Shown here piece after piece: positions 32,501 through 41,847 of a stretch of 64,000 nt of DNA (its first letter is position 1; every line of letters starts with the position of its first letter). Made by a program: the position numbers and the translations under genes. The DNA comes from Phallusia mammillata. Its lineage: Eukaryota. The stretch spans positions 23,622,001-23,686,000 of the forward strand of contig OZ281494.1 of assembly GCA_965637545.1 (NCBI GenBank). Direction: 5' to 3'. The notes beneath the pieces are model-generated. The model did not search any database, was not told the origin of the DNA, and saw only the letters and a program-made list of their open reading frames with translations.

Positions 32501-35500
32501 ATGTACCAAGTCTTTCCCGGGTGTGGATCCTTTCCATCTGGTACTTTCCTGGCATGACCATTCTTCAGCGAGTCATTAATCTTTTCACTGTACTTCTGGA
32601 ACAGTGACTGATCTGTCTTTAATCGTCTCTTTAAACCAAGAAGGCGTTTCTCGGCTGTTCCACGGTTATAAGGTAGCTTTACATTTTTATTCTTCCATGG
32701 TAGCGCAAGCTGATAATGCTTGCCTTTCCTTTGCACAGTCGAATTCATCATGGCGAGTGCCCTTTTGTCCTCCATAGATAGAGAGACATCATTTGAACAC
32801 TTGTCATCCATAAAGTCATGATTATACATCTTCTGGAACATGTCATGTAGTTCATTATTGCCAATTGTGGCGAAGTTAACATTGCAACTGTCCTCTGATG
32901 CATCTGATGCATCAGTGCCAACTAAGGTCCACCCAAGTCCAGTGTGAATAGCTGTTGGCTGTCTTGGCTTCCCGGTTCGCACTTCCCTGATAGAATGGGC
33001 TTCCTGCGTACCGGCCCCAATGAGAATATCCACTTCTGCATCAGGTAACTTTGGAAAGTCCAATCCCCTCAGATGAGAATAATGCTTTACATCTTCCATT
33101 GTAGGTATACTGTTCTTCAGTGTTGGTAGAGCATCCACCGTCAGTACATTCTCAATACGGATTGAATCTGTTTCTTGAATCCCCTGTAGGGACAGTCCGA
33201 CCTCGTATCCCTGCAGATCCTTACTGCCACTTATGCCATTAAGTCTTCTGGAAACTTGTTTTCCTTCAAGCTTGAGTCTCTGTTTCAGATTTGACGTGCA
33301 GAATGTGGTGTCAGATCCCTCATCCAGAAATGCATATGTCTCCACTACACGATTCAGATCCCTTCCCCACACATGTACTGGCACCACCTTGAGTCTAACC
33401 CTGTCCCTTCCTGCAGGGGGTGTAGTAACAGTGGCTACATATGTCGTTGAGCTTTCCTTGGGACTTTCAGCATTCTTCTTTTCCTCAGTCGATGTGGATG
33501 TTTTTTCTATATTTCGCTGTTCATCACGATGAAGTAGAGTATGATGTGGTTTTTCACAAGACTTGCACTTTCTGGAGCAGACACACTCATTTGCCATGTG
33601 GTCTGGTGAAAAGCAGTTGAAGCATAAGTTGTTATTCTTGACTGTTGTCCAACGGTCAAACTGTTTCTTTTTCTGGAACTCATCACATACCCATAATGGA
33701 TGAGGTTTGTTACAAACCACACATGGTTGTGGCTTCTTCTTCCTTGTTTGATCTGGAGGTTTAGGTTTGTCAACATGTTCACATGATGTGGAGCCCAAAG
33801 TAGTTTGTGCAGAGAACACAGCATGTTCTTTCTTCTTCTGGGGCTTGTCCTTCTTTGGATCCCTTTCCTTAACTGTTGTCAATGCATCCGCAAACATGTT
33901 GTTGGAATCCATCACCTTCTGGTTGAGGTACGATGTCAGATTGCTGAATGTCACATTTCCATTCCTTCGGTAGAGTGAACTGGCCTCTGTGACAAATGTA
34001 TTTTGCATGTGCTTGGGTAGTTGCTGAAATATGTCCACTAGGAATTGGGAATAGTCCAACTGTGACTCACAACCCAAAGATCGAAAAACCATTAAAGCAT
34101 TTGTCATACTTGTAGCAAGAGAACGAAGACCTTCATTGTCCCCAGTCCTAATTGGTGGACCCTTGGTCAACTCTTTGACATGTGCATTTACCACCAAGTC
34201 CATGCGCCCGAAGTTATCTCTCAGCAACTCCCGAGCAGTAGCAAGACCCAATTCAGGTGGGCTCGTGGCACAACATCCATGGACAACATCATAGGCTTTG
34301 TCTTCACACATGTCTACAAGGTACTGAAGTTGTACAGCAGGATCAGGAAAATGCCTTGTGATCATCTCATCAAATTTCTTCATAAAGTTGTGGTAATTCA
34401 TTGGATTCCCATAGAACTTTGGGAGCCCCCTTTTGGGCAGTGTAAAGCCATGCAGCATGGTTTTCGTACTCTCCACCAAGTCCACCATGGCCTTTCCATA
34501 GTGAAAGTCATCTTTGGTGAAGCTCTCATCTGGCTGAGGTTTGTACTTGGAGACCGGCCCCATAGAAGGACTGTGAGTCTCCTGCTTTATGTCAGTCTGT
34601 GTACATACAGGCAAGTATGGATCGGCAGAAACATTTAGCTGTTCTGCTGGATGAGCGACAGGATATTCAGGCTGTGGCAGCTTTGCTGTGGCTAGAGGGG
34701 TGAAACCAGAAATGGTATGCATTTCACCAGGCATTGGACAGTCCATCGGAGCTAGGTCATGGGCAGACTGCTGTAGACAAGCAGAGCTTCCCACCGTGGC
34801 GTCATCTATCTGATTTAGTGGGGGCATATCCAACCTGTATTCATGACGAGAATCACAGGATCCCACTGGTTCAGCCTCAAGTACAACCAGGTCAACCTCA
34901 TGCCTCTTGCGCTGCACTTTCAACTGTGCATTGTAAGATTTTTGTCGATGTTCCATTTTTGCCTTGGCTAAAATTGCTTCAGCCCTTTCCTCTTCTCTTT
35001 TCCGTCGAGCTGCAGCCTGTTCCATTTTTCTTCTAATCGCCCTTTTCTCTGCATCAGCTTCTTCTCTTCTTCTTTTGGCTATGGCCTCTTCTTCTGCCCT
35101 TTTACGCATGGCATTTGCCTCTTCTTCTGCCCTTCTTCGCTGGGCATTTTCTTCCTTTTCATCTTCAAGCATCATCTTTAAGGCCTCCTCGTCTTCTCTG
35201 GCCTTACGTTTTATCTCCTCAGCTTTCATCAGTGCATCATTAACAGCATCAGCTGATGCTTGGAGAGTTAATTGTGCCTCTGACTCTGTCAGCTTGTTTT
35301 CTAGCTGAGCACGCCGCACCTCCCTCATTGAGTATGTAGTGCTTCTGCTTGATATTGAAGAAGAAGAGTGGAATGATTTCAAACTAGGAGCCTTGGAATG
35401 GTGTGAGTGGTGTGAAGATCTTGAGCTTGTTCTACTAGAACGATGTGAACTGGATTTAGAGGACAATCTTGACCCAGTTGAGTGATGTGAGCTTTTCGAA

Positions 35501-35880
35501 TGCCCACCAGTAGAACCCAACTCCACAGCAGCATTTTGTAGAAATGTTTGATACATAGAATTTATGTTGTCCCCTTTTTCCTCCAGGGACTTGATCTTGT
35601 CCACTGCCTCTTGTTTCTGAGAGTAGAGTGAATCTGGAATCACAGAATGGTATTCCTTGCAACAGTCCAAGCACTTTGTCAGTGCACTATCAAAAGCTTC
35701 CTTTGCAGCTGGTACTTCCTTGATATTAGAAACATCTAGCATCAAGTTACAAACAATATTTTCGGCTTTGGTAACAGCACCCAAATGCCCACTCCGAGAT
35801 GATTTCAAGGAATGCAACTTTTCTTGAAGCACTCCGTCCACATCCTCATGAGAGGATGTGCTAGAATTTGATCCAGGCAT
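29503..35880 (-). CDS. BEL/Pao gag-pol polyprotein, 2125 aa
   Basis: Gag with three Cys/His knuckles (CVVCNKPHPLWVC, CFNCFSPDHMANEC, CKSCEKPHHTLLH), protease AFLDEGSDTT, RT NFYVDDCL, RNase H LHCFCDASETGYGAV, integrase GVDYFGP / SDNGTNF / GGVWERMIRSV. The RT-RH-IN order fits BEL/Pao. Confidence 0.97.
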   Translation of the reverse strand: MPGSNSSTSSHEDVDGVLQEKLHSLKSSRSGHLGAVTKAENIVCNLMLDVSNIKEVPAAKEAFDSALTKCLDCCKEYHSVIPDSLYSQKQEAVDKIKSLEEKGDNINSMYQTFLQNAAVELGSTGGHSKSSHHSTGSRLSSKSSSHRSSRTSSRSSHHSHHSKAPSLKSFHSSSSISSRSTTYSMREVRRAQLENKLTESEAQLTLQASADAVNDALMKAEEIKRKAREDEEALKMMLEDEKEENAQRRRAEEEANAMRKRAEEEAIAKRRREEADAEKRAIRRKMEQAAARRKREEERAEAILAKAKMEHRQKSYNAQLKVQRKRHEVDLVVLEAEPVGSCDSRHEYRLDMPPLNQIDDATVGSSACLQQSAHDLAPMDCPMPGEMHTISGFTPLATAKLPQPEYPVAHPAEQLNVSADPYLPVCTQTDIKQETHSPSMGPVSKYKPQPDESFTKDDFHYGKAMVDLVESTKTMLHGFTLPKRGLPKFYGNPMNYHNFMKKFDEMITRHFPDPAVQLQYLVDMCEDKAYDVVHGCCATSPPELGLATARELLRDNFGRMDLVVNAHVKELTKGPPIRTGDNEGLRSLATSMTNALMVFRSLGCESQLDYSQFLVDIFQQLPKHMQNTFVTEASSLYRRNGNVTFSNLTSYLNQKVMDSNNMFADALTTVKERDPKKDKPQKKKEHAVFSAQTTLGSTSCEHVDKPKPPDQTRKKKPQPCVVCNKPHPLWVCDEFQKKKQFDRWTTVKNNNLCFNCFSPDHMANECVCSRKCKSCEKPHHTLLHRDEQRNIEKTSTSTEEKKNAESPKESSTTYVATVTTPPAGRDRVRLKVVPVHVWGRDLNRVVETYAFLDEGSDTTFCTSNLKQRLKLEGKQVSRRLNGISGSKDLQGYEVGLSLQGIQETDSIRIENVLTVDALPTLKNSIPTMEDVKHYSHLRGLDFPKLPDAEVDILIGAGTQEAHSIREVRTGKPRQPTAIHTGLGWTLVGTDASDASEDSCNVNFATIGNNELHDMFQKMYNHDFMDDKCSNDVSLSMEDKRALAMMNSTVQRKGKHYQLALPWKNKNVKLPYNRGTAEKRLLGLKRRLKTDQSLFQKYSEKINDSLKNGHARKVPDGKDPHPGKTWYIPHHCCTGGKFRVVFDCAAKYAGTSLNENLLQGPDLTNNLVGVLLRFRQEKIALMADIKGMFHQVFVDPDDCDALRFLWWPNDDLSKPPEDYQMLVHLFGATSSPSCASFALRKVAEDNESNATKETTDTVLRNFYVDDCLKSVKTLEEGSQLVKELDELLKCGGFHLTKYLSNSKELLMSINEDNLAPSVKDMDLDGLPIERALGVYWNTGTDCFEVKVKLKPKPCTRRGILSTISQLFDPMGFVQPFILPIKKLMQELCKRNIGWDEAIPTEFEVAWKKWLGNLSLLESITIPRCFKTMDYISAELHCFCDASETGYGAVCYLRLVTGGSYHCSFVMGKSRVSPSKAVTIPRLELTAAVVGVKLAQFVIRELDLELEKVVYWTDSTSVLQYIRNTSRRFPTFVANRLAVIQAATEPEQWRHVDTKQNPADIASRGFYPDQVDKAKAWLSGPSFLWKEESCWPEQPAVLQLPEDHEDVEANTIVVEIVQNGLDNLLDRYSSYNALLKATGWLLRFKQYMMCKFSEKLRKPAPKAGLLTAEEMETAVHQVVKLVQHQAFGSMSSDLKEYQSFSHYLESQHSNGLHIRNRALGRLSPMKINGTMRVGGRLQHATLPEDMKHPMILPSRHHVTGLIIHHYHQREGHSGTQHVLAATRERYWILKGQSSVRHYLKDCRKCRFWKAQAGRQLMAPLPVCRVESGQLPFTHAGVDYFGPLMVKIGRSHVKRYGCIFTCMATRAVHLELAGSLDTSSFIQALRRFVLRRGSTTKHIYSDNGTNFIGADRALREGIKAWNQQQIHTELLQKGIEWHFNPPAASHQGGVWERMIRSVRKILQSLTGDKILSEESLNTFLIEVESILNNRPLTPVSDDPKDGSALKPITLLAGGIEATLPPGEFIKADGYKKSWRAVQWLSDQFWKRWVKDYLPLLQKRQKWLQPEKNFEVGDVVLVMDANTKRGVWPKGLVEEVFPDHDGMVRRVRVRTYDSTLMRDIRKLCLLECG

Positions 35881-35964
35881 TGTATTTGCAACACCACTAA
35901 TGCCAGACAGCAGATTTCAGACACCCTTTCTTAATAGAAAGGGGTCTGGCTTCTTCAGAAATGA

Positions 35965-36659
35965 TGTGACGTCCAAAATTTTAGGACTAGTCACGGCCTA
36001 AGCTCACTTTAGGCAAACCTAGGCTAATGCCTTCGTTGGTACCATCATCAGGTACAATGAGTCAGTAATTCACAACTGCCCTCTAGACTGCACAAACTGT
36101 GGTTTTCAGTGTTATATTATGGCGATGAAGGTGCAAGAACAGTGCACGAATGACAACAAATACAGTTCGTATCCAAGATCCAAAACAGCTGAATTGCGCC
36201 ACAGTGGATGTCAAGACTATACAGAATAGAGGAAATTGAGACAGTTAAGCACTTGAGCAGTTGAGATTTCTGAAGTTCACAGTACCTAGGTGTTTGACAT
36301 TATGGTGTTGGCTTTATCGTCTAAACATTCAAACAACAATAACAAACGAAAAGTTACTAGAAACACTTCACATGGCTATACATTAACATACTTGTAAACT
36401 TGCTGACATTTGGTTAACACACAAACATTTAAACTAAGTCGATTCTAACAGATTACTGCACTAAAACATACAAACTGCACTTTTAGAACAAGGTGTGGCT
36501 AAGTCCAAGCACGTTTTAGTCACATGACCGCATATAAAAGTTAGGATTGGCCCAAAACTAACAAAGAACAATGCACTTGGGAATAGACGTTAAGCATGGT
36601 TGCACTTGGGAAAGAAAGCATAAAAATCACATTTAAATATTGTGAATTTGTCCGTAACA
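35965..36659 (-). repeat. BEL 5' LTR
   Basis: 695-bp direct repeat of 28209-28903. Confidence 0.95.
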
Positions 36660-37443
36660 GTTCTGATGTGTGGTCTTTTACGAAGTTGTAAGTTTCTTTA
36701 ACTGTGCCGTGCAGGGCTATGGTATGCAACCAAGTTGGTTTAGTTTCAGTGGGTACTCTGTTGGTTTGTCGGTCATATATATCCCAATTGTCTGGAATTG
36801 CGGCGACTAATTTGATAAAATAGGTGAAATCTTGATTTGTTGGCTGAAAGTTAAATTTGAGGGCAAGTTCGTCGTATGTATAGTAATCACCATCATTGTT
36901 AAGTAGATCAAGGTGACTGAGAATACCAGCGCGAATTAGAGGTGGCATGTAAAAGGGTTTTAGGCGTGATCGGACTTCTTTATTTAACCAAAGGGGTCTA
37001 TAAACATTAGCGGGGAGATTTGTAAGTTTTGCGAATTTTTTGCAGGCAGAGACTGCCTTTCTTAATGTTCGTAAGGGGATTGATTGAAGGAAGAGTTTTG
37101 AGTTGGGAGACACACTGCTGTTTAACCACGAGTTGAATTCGCTGGGGCTCCCGACCGAGGTTTCGAGATCTTTCCATGGAGATGTATACGAATCGTTGAA
37201 TAATCGATTGACCCATTTGATATCTAATGACACCAGATATGCGTCCAGGTCAAACATATTGATTCCCCCATCCTCAATATTACAACAGAGCTTTGCTCGT
37301 TTTACTTTTTCCCATTTTGAGTTCCAAATGAATTTAAAAAAATTCTTTTAAGGTTTTTGACGTTATTCTATTACGATGTACCTCGAATAAACACCTCGCT
37401 ACATTTGGTGACCCCAAGCGTGCAAAAACGTTATTTTTGCATT

Positions 37444-37929
37444 ATGACAGAAGCCACAAACTCAGAGAATGCTGTAGCAGTAAAGTTACCTACGTTTTGG
37501 ACAGCTCAGCCACGAGTTTGGTTTCAGCAAGCGGAGGCACAGTTCGCTCTAAAATGCATTAAAGGAGATCTAACGAAGTACTATTATGTCGTTTCGGCTC
37601 TGGATCAGGACACAGCCAATCGTCTTATAGACCTGCTAGAAAACCCGCCAGAAGCAGACAAATACGACACTATCAAGGCACGTTTGGTAGAAACCTTTTG
37701 TCTTTCGCGCCCGCAGAGGGCCATGCGGTTACTTCACATGCCTCCTTTGGGCGACAGAATGCCATCCGCTTTAATGGATGACATGCTTGCATTACTTGGC
37801 GATGCAAAGGAATGTTTTGTTTTCCAACAACTGTTTTTGGAGCGATTGCCTGAGTATATCCGCACACGGCTGAGCGGAGAGGAAATTAGCGAATCACGGC
37901 TCTTGGCCCGCAAAGCTGATGCGATATAA
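37444..37929 (+). pseudogene. Truncated Gypsy gag (161 aa)
   Basis: MTEATNSENAVAVKLPTFWTAQPRVWFQQAEAQF...KYYYVVSALD, the KLPxFW-P-WF-QAEAQF gag N-terminus of Gypsy elements. No pol follows. Confidence 0.8.
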
Positions 37930-38334
37930 GTTATTAATACGCGTATGTTGAAATTAATATTCATCAATATGAACATCATAACGTCAGGGGTACTCCATAA
38001 AATGTCTTGCAGAGTCTTCTCCTAAACACATGCTTCAAAATAAGCCCAAAAACAATGATCTAGCAACGGGGAGTCAAGTCGAAATATTAATAAGGGGGTA
38101 GGCCTAGTCACGCCTGGTTGCGTTAGATTTATAACAGTCGCTCGTTTTTTGCTGGTTTGCTGGCGAATCACTACTTGCGATCGCTCTAGAAGCGAAAAAG
38201 CGCACAATCGGAAATTTGTGTGTTTGTTTTTGTTAGAAAATCGGCTTAAATAAAAAATTCGAGATTCTCGAGAAATGAATTTTTAATTTCTCGTTTCTCG
38301 AGAAACGAAAAAGTCGAGAAATAGAGGAACCCTA

Positions 38335-38640
38335 GTTTCGATCCAACTGACCAGATCTCAACATTGGCTAAGAAGAAGAACATCGACTGCAGGGCTATTT
38401 CAATGGGACAAGGTATACAGAATTTTACACGCTAAATAATAGCACAGTGTTTAAAGATAGACAAAACAACCATATCAGATAAACAGAATTTATATATTCC
38501 GTATAAAACGTGCAAAACTGCCATCTTGCACTTGATTGTATGGATGAACTGCTTGAGACTGTGCAAACTGCTGAAAATGTCAATTCAGCATTCAGGACGT
38601 GGATCACTGCTAAAGAACATTCCCATCACAATCCAGTACT
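38335..38640 (+). pseudogene. Duplicated genomic fragment of the dynein gene (copy of ~18717-19110)
   Basis: Near-identical exon-intron-exon sequence including intron gtatacagaattttacac..., with a ~73-bp internal deletion and scattered substitutions. Confidence 0.92.
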
Positions 38641-38672
38641 ACAATAGTATCTATGGTTGAGCTATCGAGAAT

Positions 38673-38946
38673 GGTAGAGCTACTAACACCATAACGAGAA
38701 TCTACCCCCAAATTCGATTGGTTATATCTCCAAAAATGCTCACGGTTAGGGCTATTAGGGTCGGGGTAATGTATTAGCACTTAAAATTCAATAAAACTAA
38801 CCCAAAAAATTTGTTACCAATGTAAAATTTTCATGTAAATATTTCCCAACCCAACCCATTTATAGCCGCTAAATAAAAATTCAGCTCTTTACGCCCCCTT
38901 GTGAAAGCGAAGTTCTGATTCTCGTAATGGTGTTAGTAGCTCTACC
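38673..38946. mobile_element. Mutator-type MITE
   Basis: TIR GGTAGAGCTACTAACACCAT(A/T)ACGAGAATC at both ends; 9-bp TSD ATCGAGAAT (38664-38672, 38947-38955). Confidence 0.85.
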
Positions 38947-39747
38947 ATCGAGAATAGGCGCTAAGTTTTGTAAAAACGCAAGGCGGCGGACTTAAAGTGT
39001 GACGTCATTTCATGTGACGTCACTAATGCGTACAACCACAAGAGTTAAACTCAAGCCCAACAAACTTCCCGTAGAATGCAACGTTTGTCAAAATCATAAA
39101 AAAAGGAATTTTTGAAACAATATTAATTTGGAGCACGTTGCTGTATCGTTTATATATCTTTGGTTTAGCAACGTCAATTGGTTAACTTATGGCATCACTA
39201 TAAATTTCGTTTGGTGTTTTGCAAGATAATTTTAATGCACAAAGTGTACCCTGGCTACAAAAAACTGCCTTACAGTACTGTAGGATGCCACCGGTGCATC
39301 CAGAAAAAATAGCGTACCGGTTTTCGGTTGAAAAAATATGACATGCCTACGAAGGAGTGTTCTTTGGAGTCCTTGGACTAGAGCTTGATTAATCACATTA
39401 TTACGCAAATTAAATTTTATTATAACGTTGCCTGTTATATGCAGTTGTTTTTGTTTTAAAATGGGCTACCTTTTACTAACACGCACAAGTTTTTGACCCA
39501 GAACTAGCACTGCAAATTAAGCCCAGTGGAATTAAGTAAACATTGCGTACCGTAGTCTGGAACCTGTTATCTGCACGGTGTGTCTTTAACATTAAATGGA
39601 AATTTAAACTACAAGCATCCAAATGAGCTGAGTTGATAATAGGAAAGTTCCGCCGTACTGTTTTCTTTTTATTTGCTTTTTTTATGACTTTACTTCATTC
39701 ATTCATATCCATTTATTTGTCCATTATTTTCATTGTAGGCCTTAGCC

Positions 39748-39964
39748 CAGTGGTCGGCAACCGCCGGTCCGCGAGGAGTTCGTTACTGAGCCGTATCATT
39801 TTTTAGGTTAAATGGTATGACAAGTTTTGCCCATGTATCCCGGTGATGATAAACTATTTTGGGCTTTTTCGTTGCTAAATATTTGTAGTATTTTAAAGTC
39901 CGGTCCGCGAAATAATGTCAGTTTCTAAAAAGGTCCGCAGTACAAAAAAGGTTGCCGATCCCTG
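39748..39964. mobile_element. hAT MITE family copy 1
   Basis: TIRs CAGTGGTCGGCAACC / GGTTGCCGATCCCTG; 8-bp TSD CCTTAGCC. Confidence 0.85.
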
Positions 39965-40007
39965 CCTTAGCCTACATAGAATTGTTGTCGAAACCAGTTT
40001 TGGGGTC

Positions 40008-40296
40008 ATAGTACGCCAGGCCTATTAAAGGCGTGTACCGAATCAGCTGGTCTCCCAAGCATTCCCATATGGCAAGGCACAGGAAAATCTAGTCTGCGGT
40101 GGGAGTCGAACCCACGACAAGAGTCTTTCCGGGACTTGCGCTCTACCAACTGACCTACAAAGGCTCAGTGGAGAAACCCCCGAAAGTCCCCTTGTATGTT
40201 GCACATGTCAGCTTCGTAGCAGGGGATCACCAGTTCGACCGTATCAGCTAAGATAAACATATTAATACTGGGACCAGCCCTGAAGCGTCGATGCAG
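40008..40296 (-). mobile_element. tRNA-derived SINE-like insertion
   Basis: Internal tRNA-like segment 40092-40165 (A box TAGGTCAGTTGG, B box GGTTCGACTCC), flanked by a 15-bp direct repeat ACCAGTTTTGGGGTC (39993-40007, 40297-40311). Confidence 0.6.
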
Positions 40297-41470
40297 ACCA
40301 GTTTTGGGGTCGTTTGTTTTTGTAAGTTAGCAAGAACTACTCCTTAACTTCGTTTTGCAGCAATTTTTAATTCCCCTAAGCCCGCAAATTTGTTCTAAAT
40401 GACATAGCTCCACTGATTTTAACTTCGAAATAAACGATTCCAAACTTGTGAAATGTAGCCTACGGTTTTCTGCTTTAAGTCATATCAAACAATTTAGACC
40501 TAGGCTATATTCTAGACCTCTGTGGCAACGATAAACAACGGTGAAACAAGTTTCCCATATTAGGTGATATAATCTTAGGCTAAAGCAAACCAGGGGTGGG
40601 AAACCTTTGGCTTTATTAGCCAACAAGTGTGGCTTTCTGCTGCATTTAGCCTACCGTCAAAATATTTTTGTGCGATTTCCAAGTTGAATCATAGTTTTTT
40701 CTTAAAAGACAATCAAATTTTGATACGCTGAACCAAAAAAACCTGCCTTGAAAACCGTTTAAAGAATCTTCTTTCATATACATCAGTGGCGGGCAACTTC
40801 TCCAGTCGGCGTGCCTGATATGGGAAAGTGAAGTACTTGGCGGGCCGGATTCCTGAATCGATACATTAATCGCGTATTTATCCAGTGATTTAAAACGGAT
40901 TTTTGACCACCTAAGCCAAATACATTCAAGAACATCACAAATTCCACACAGTCCAAACAATCTAACTGATATAACATAAAATTATTCACCACAGCAAATT
41001 TAATGCATACACCACAGACTTAGATACTGCTGAAACACTAACTAGGCTACACGTACGTGTGAAAACAAAGGAATCCGTGAAAGCAGGCCACACACATGGT
41101 TGGCAGTTATGTCGTAACAATTGACGTATGGTGCAATGGTAACAACGGCGGGAAAGTTTTTTGCTATTGGGGAGCGTTACTGTCCGTTACAACTATAATT
41201 TGAAGCAGTAAGCAAGTAGTGGGGGATTTCGGCAGACTGTGGCCGCGGCCAGATTATCATGTAAGATTGTAAGACCTGAAACTGTCTGCGGGCCGATCAA
41301 AATCCCGTCGCGGGCCGCGGGCCATATGTTGCCCGCCCCTGATATACATGAAAAGGCAGATATCATTTGTCCAAGATTTGCTGGCAGTAGGTACTTTATT
41401 TTTTTGAGTAAGTCAATATTTCAAGCAACAATATGACGTAGGTATGATATTCAGCTGTTGTAATTCAGGC

Positions 41471-41847
41471 CTACTCCACTCTCAGCATTTCTTCCACAAG
41501 TATATCTGTAAAAAACATAGTGCTTGTAGCATCTTAAGTGCTGAAAAGTGCAAATAAGTTAAAAAAGTACTCAATTTGAAATTTTACATGTCAAATATAT
41601 TTTTACAAATATTCTATTAAATAAAGCGCAAGTAGTGTTAAGGGTAACAAAACCAAACTTGTAATAAAATAATATTAACAATAAAACAACCTTCGATAGA
41701 AACGACGTCTCCAGTATTCCGTTTATACCACCAAGACCACCACGGACAAGAGGTTTTTGCACACTCAGGAACATAACTGCTTGCAGACTCAACGAGTGGT
41801 GCGAAGACGAGCCCCAAAACAACACCGAAGAGCAAAAACTTGTTCAT
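41471..41847 (-). CDS. Secreted Trp-rich disulfide-loop peptide precursor A (63 aa)
   Basis: join(41847-41691, 41505-41471): MNKFLLFGVVLGLVFAPLVES-ASSYVPECAKTSCPWWSWWY-KR-NTGDVVSIEDILVEEMLRVE*. GT-AG phase-1 intron; ATG directly follows an acceptor (ggcag|ATG). Confidence 0.85.

Larger units (their letters stand above)
28209..36659 (-). mobile_element. Full-length BEL/Pao LTR retrotransposon (8451 bp)
   Basis: Two 695-bp TG...CA LTRs, 5-bp TSD GTTCT (28204-28208, 36660-36664), PPT GGGGCCGG-AA before the 3' LTR, and one intact gag-pol ORF. Confidence 0.97.
27543..37362 (-). mobile_element. 5'-truncated L1/Tx1-type LINE (~1.37 kb net), interrupted by the BEL element
   Basis: AATAAA running into a poly(A) tail (T-run 27543-27560), 14-bp TSD TTATTCTATTACGA (27529-27542, 37363-37376). 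ORF2 C-terminus FIWNSKWEKVKRAKLCCNIEDGGINMFD continues across the BEL junction into KWETD...WREVY...KLRAFQIK...CVFCESFPETIFHLFYTC (zf-RVT-like). Confidence 0.9.
27417..37929 (+). mobile_element. 3'-truncated Gypsy LTR retrotransposon (5' LTR split by a LINE, PBS, gag)
   Basis: Removing the LINE rejoins 27417-27542 with 37377-37403 into a ~153-bp LTR, TGTAGCG...AATAAA...CGCTACA (7-bp terminal inverted repeat), followed by PBS TTTGGTGACCCC at 37404 and a gag ORF. Confidence 0.85.
27039..38334. mobile_element. hAT-like non-autonomous DNA element forming the outer shell of the TE nest
   Basis: Right end GAGGAACCCTA (rc TAGGGTTCCTC). Both ends carry dense TCTCGAGA/TCGAGAAA subterminal repeats (27040-27115, 38255-38320). 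The left terminus keeps only CCTC and no TSD is found, so it is damaged. Confidence 0.55.

Noticed and set aside
29593-35674. Antisense and alternate-frame ORFs within the BEL element (e.g. 34180-34638, 34964-35308)
   Set aside because: Expected shadows of a long ORF and its low-complexity coiled-coil codons; no independent motifs.
36541-37257. 238-aa ORF as a LINE-LTR chimeric protein
   Set aside because: It is the 5'-truncated LINE ORF2 reading by chance into the inserted BEL LTR; the true frame resumes at 28208.
40092-40165. Functional tRNA gene
   Set aside because: The acceptor stem does not pair, the anticodon arm is irregular, and it lies within a TSD-flanked insertion with a degenerate relative at 23.6 kb.
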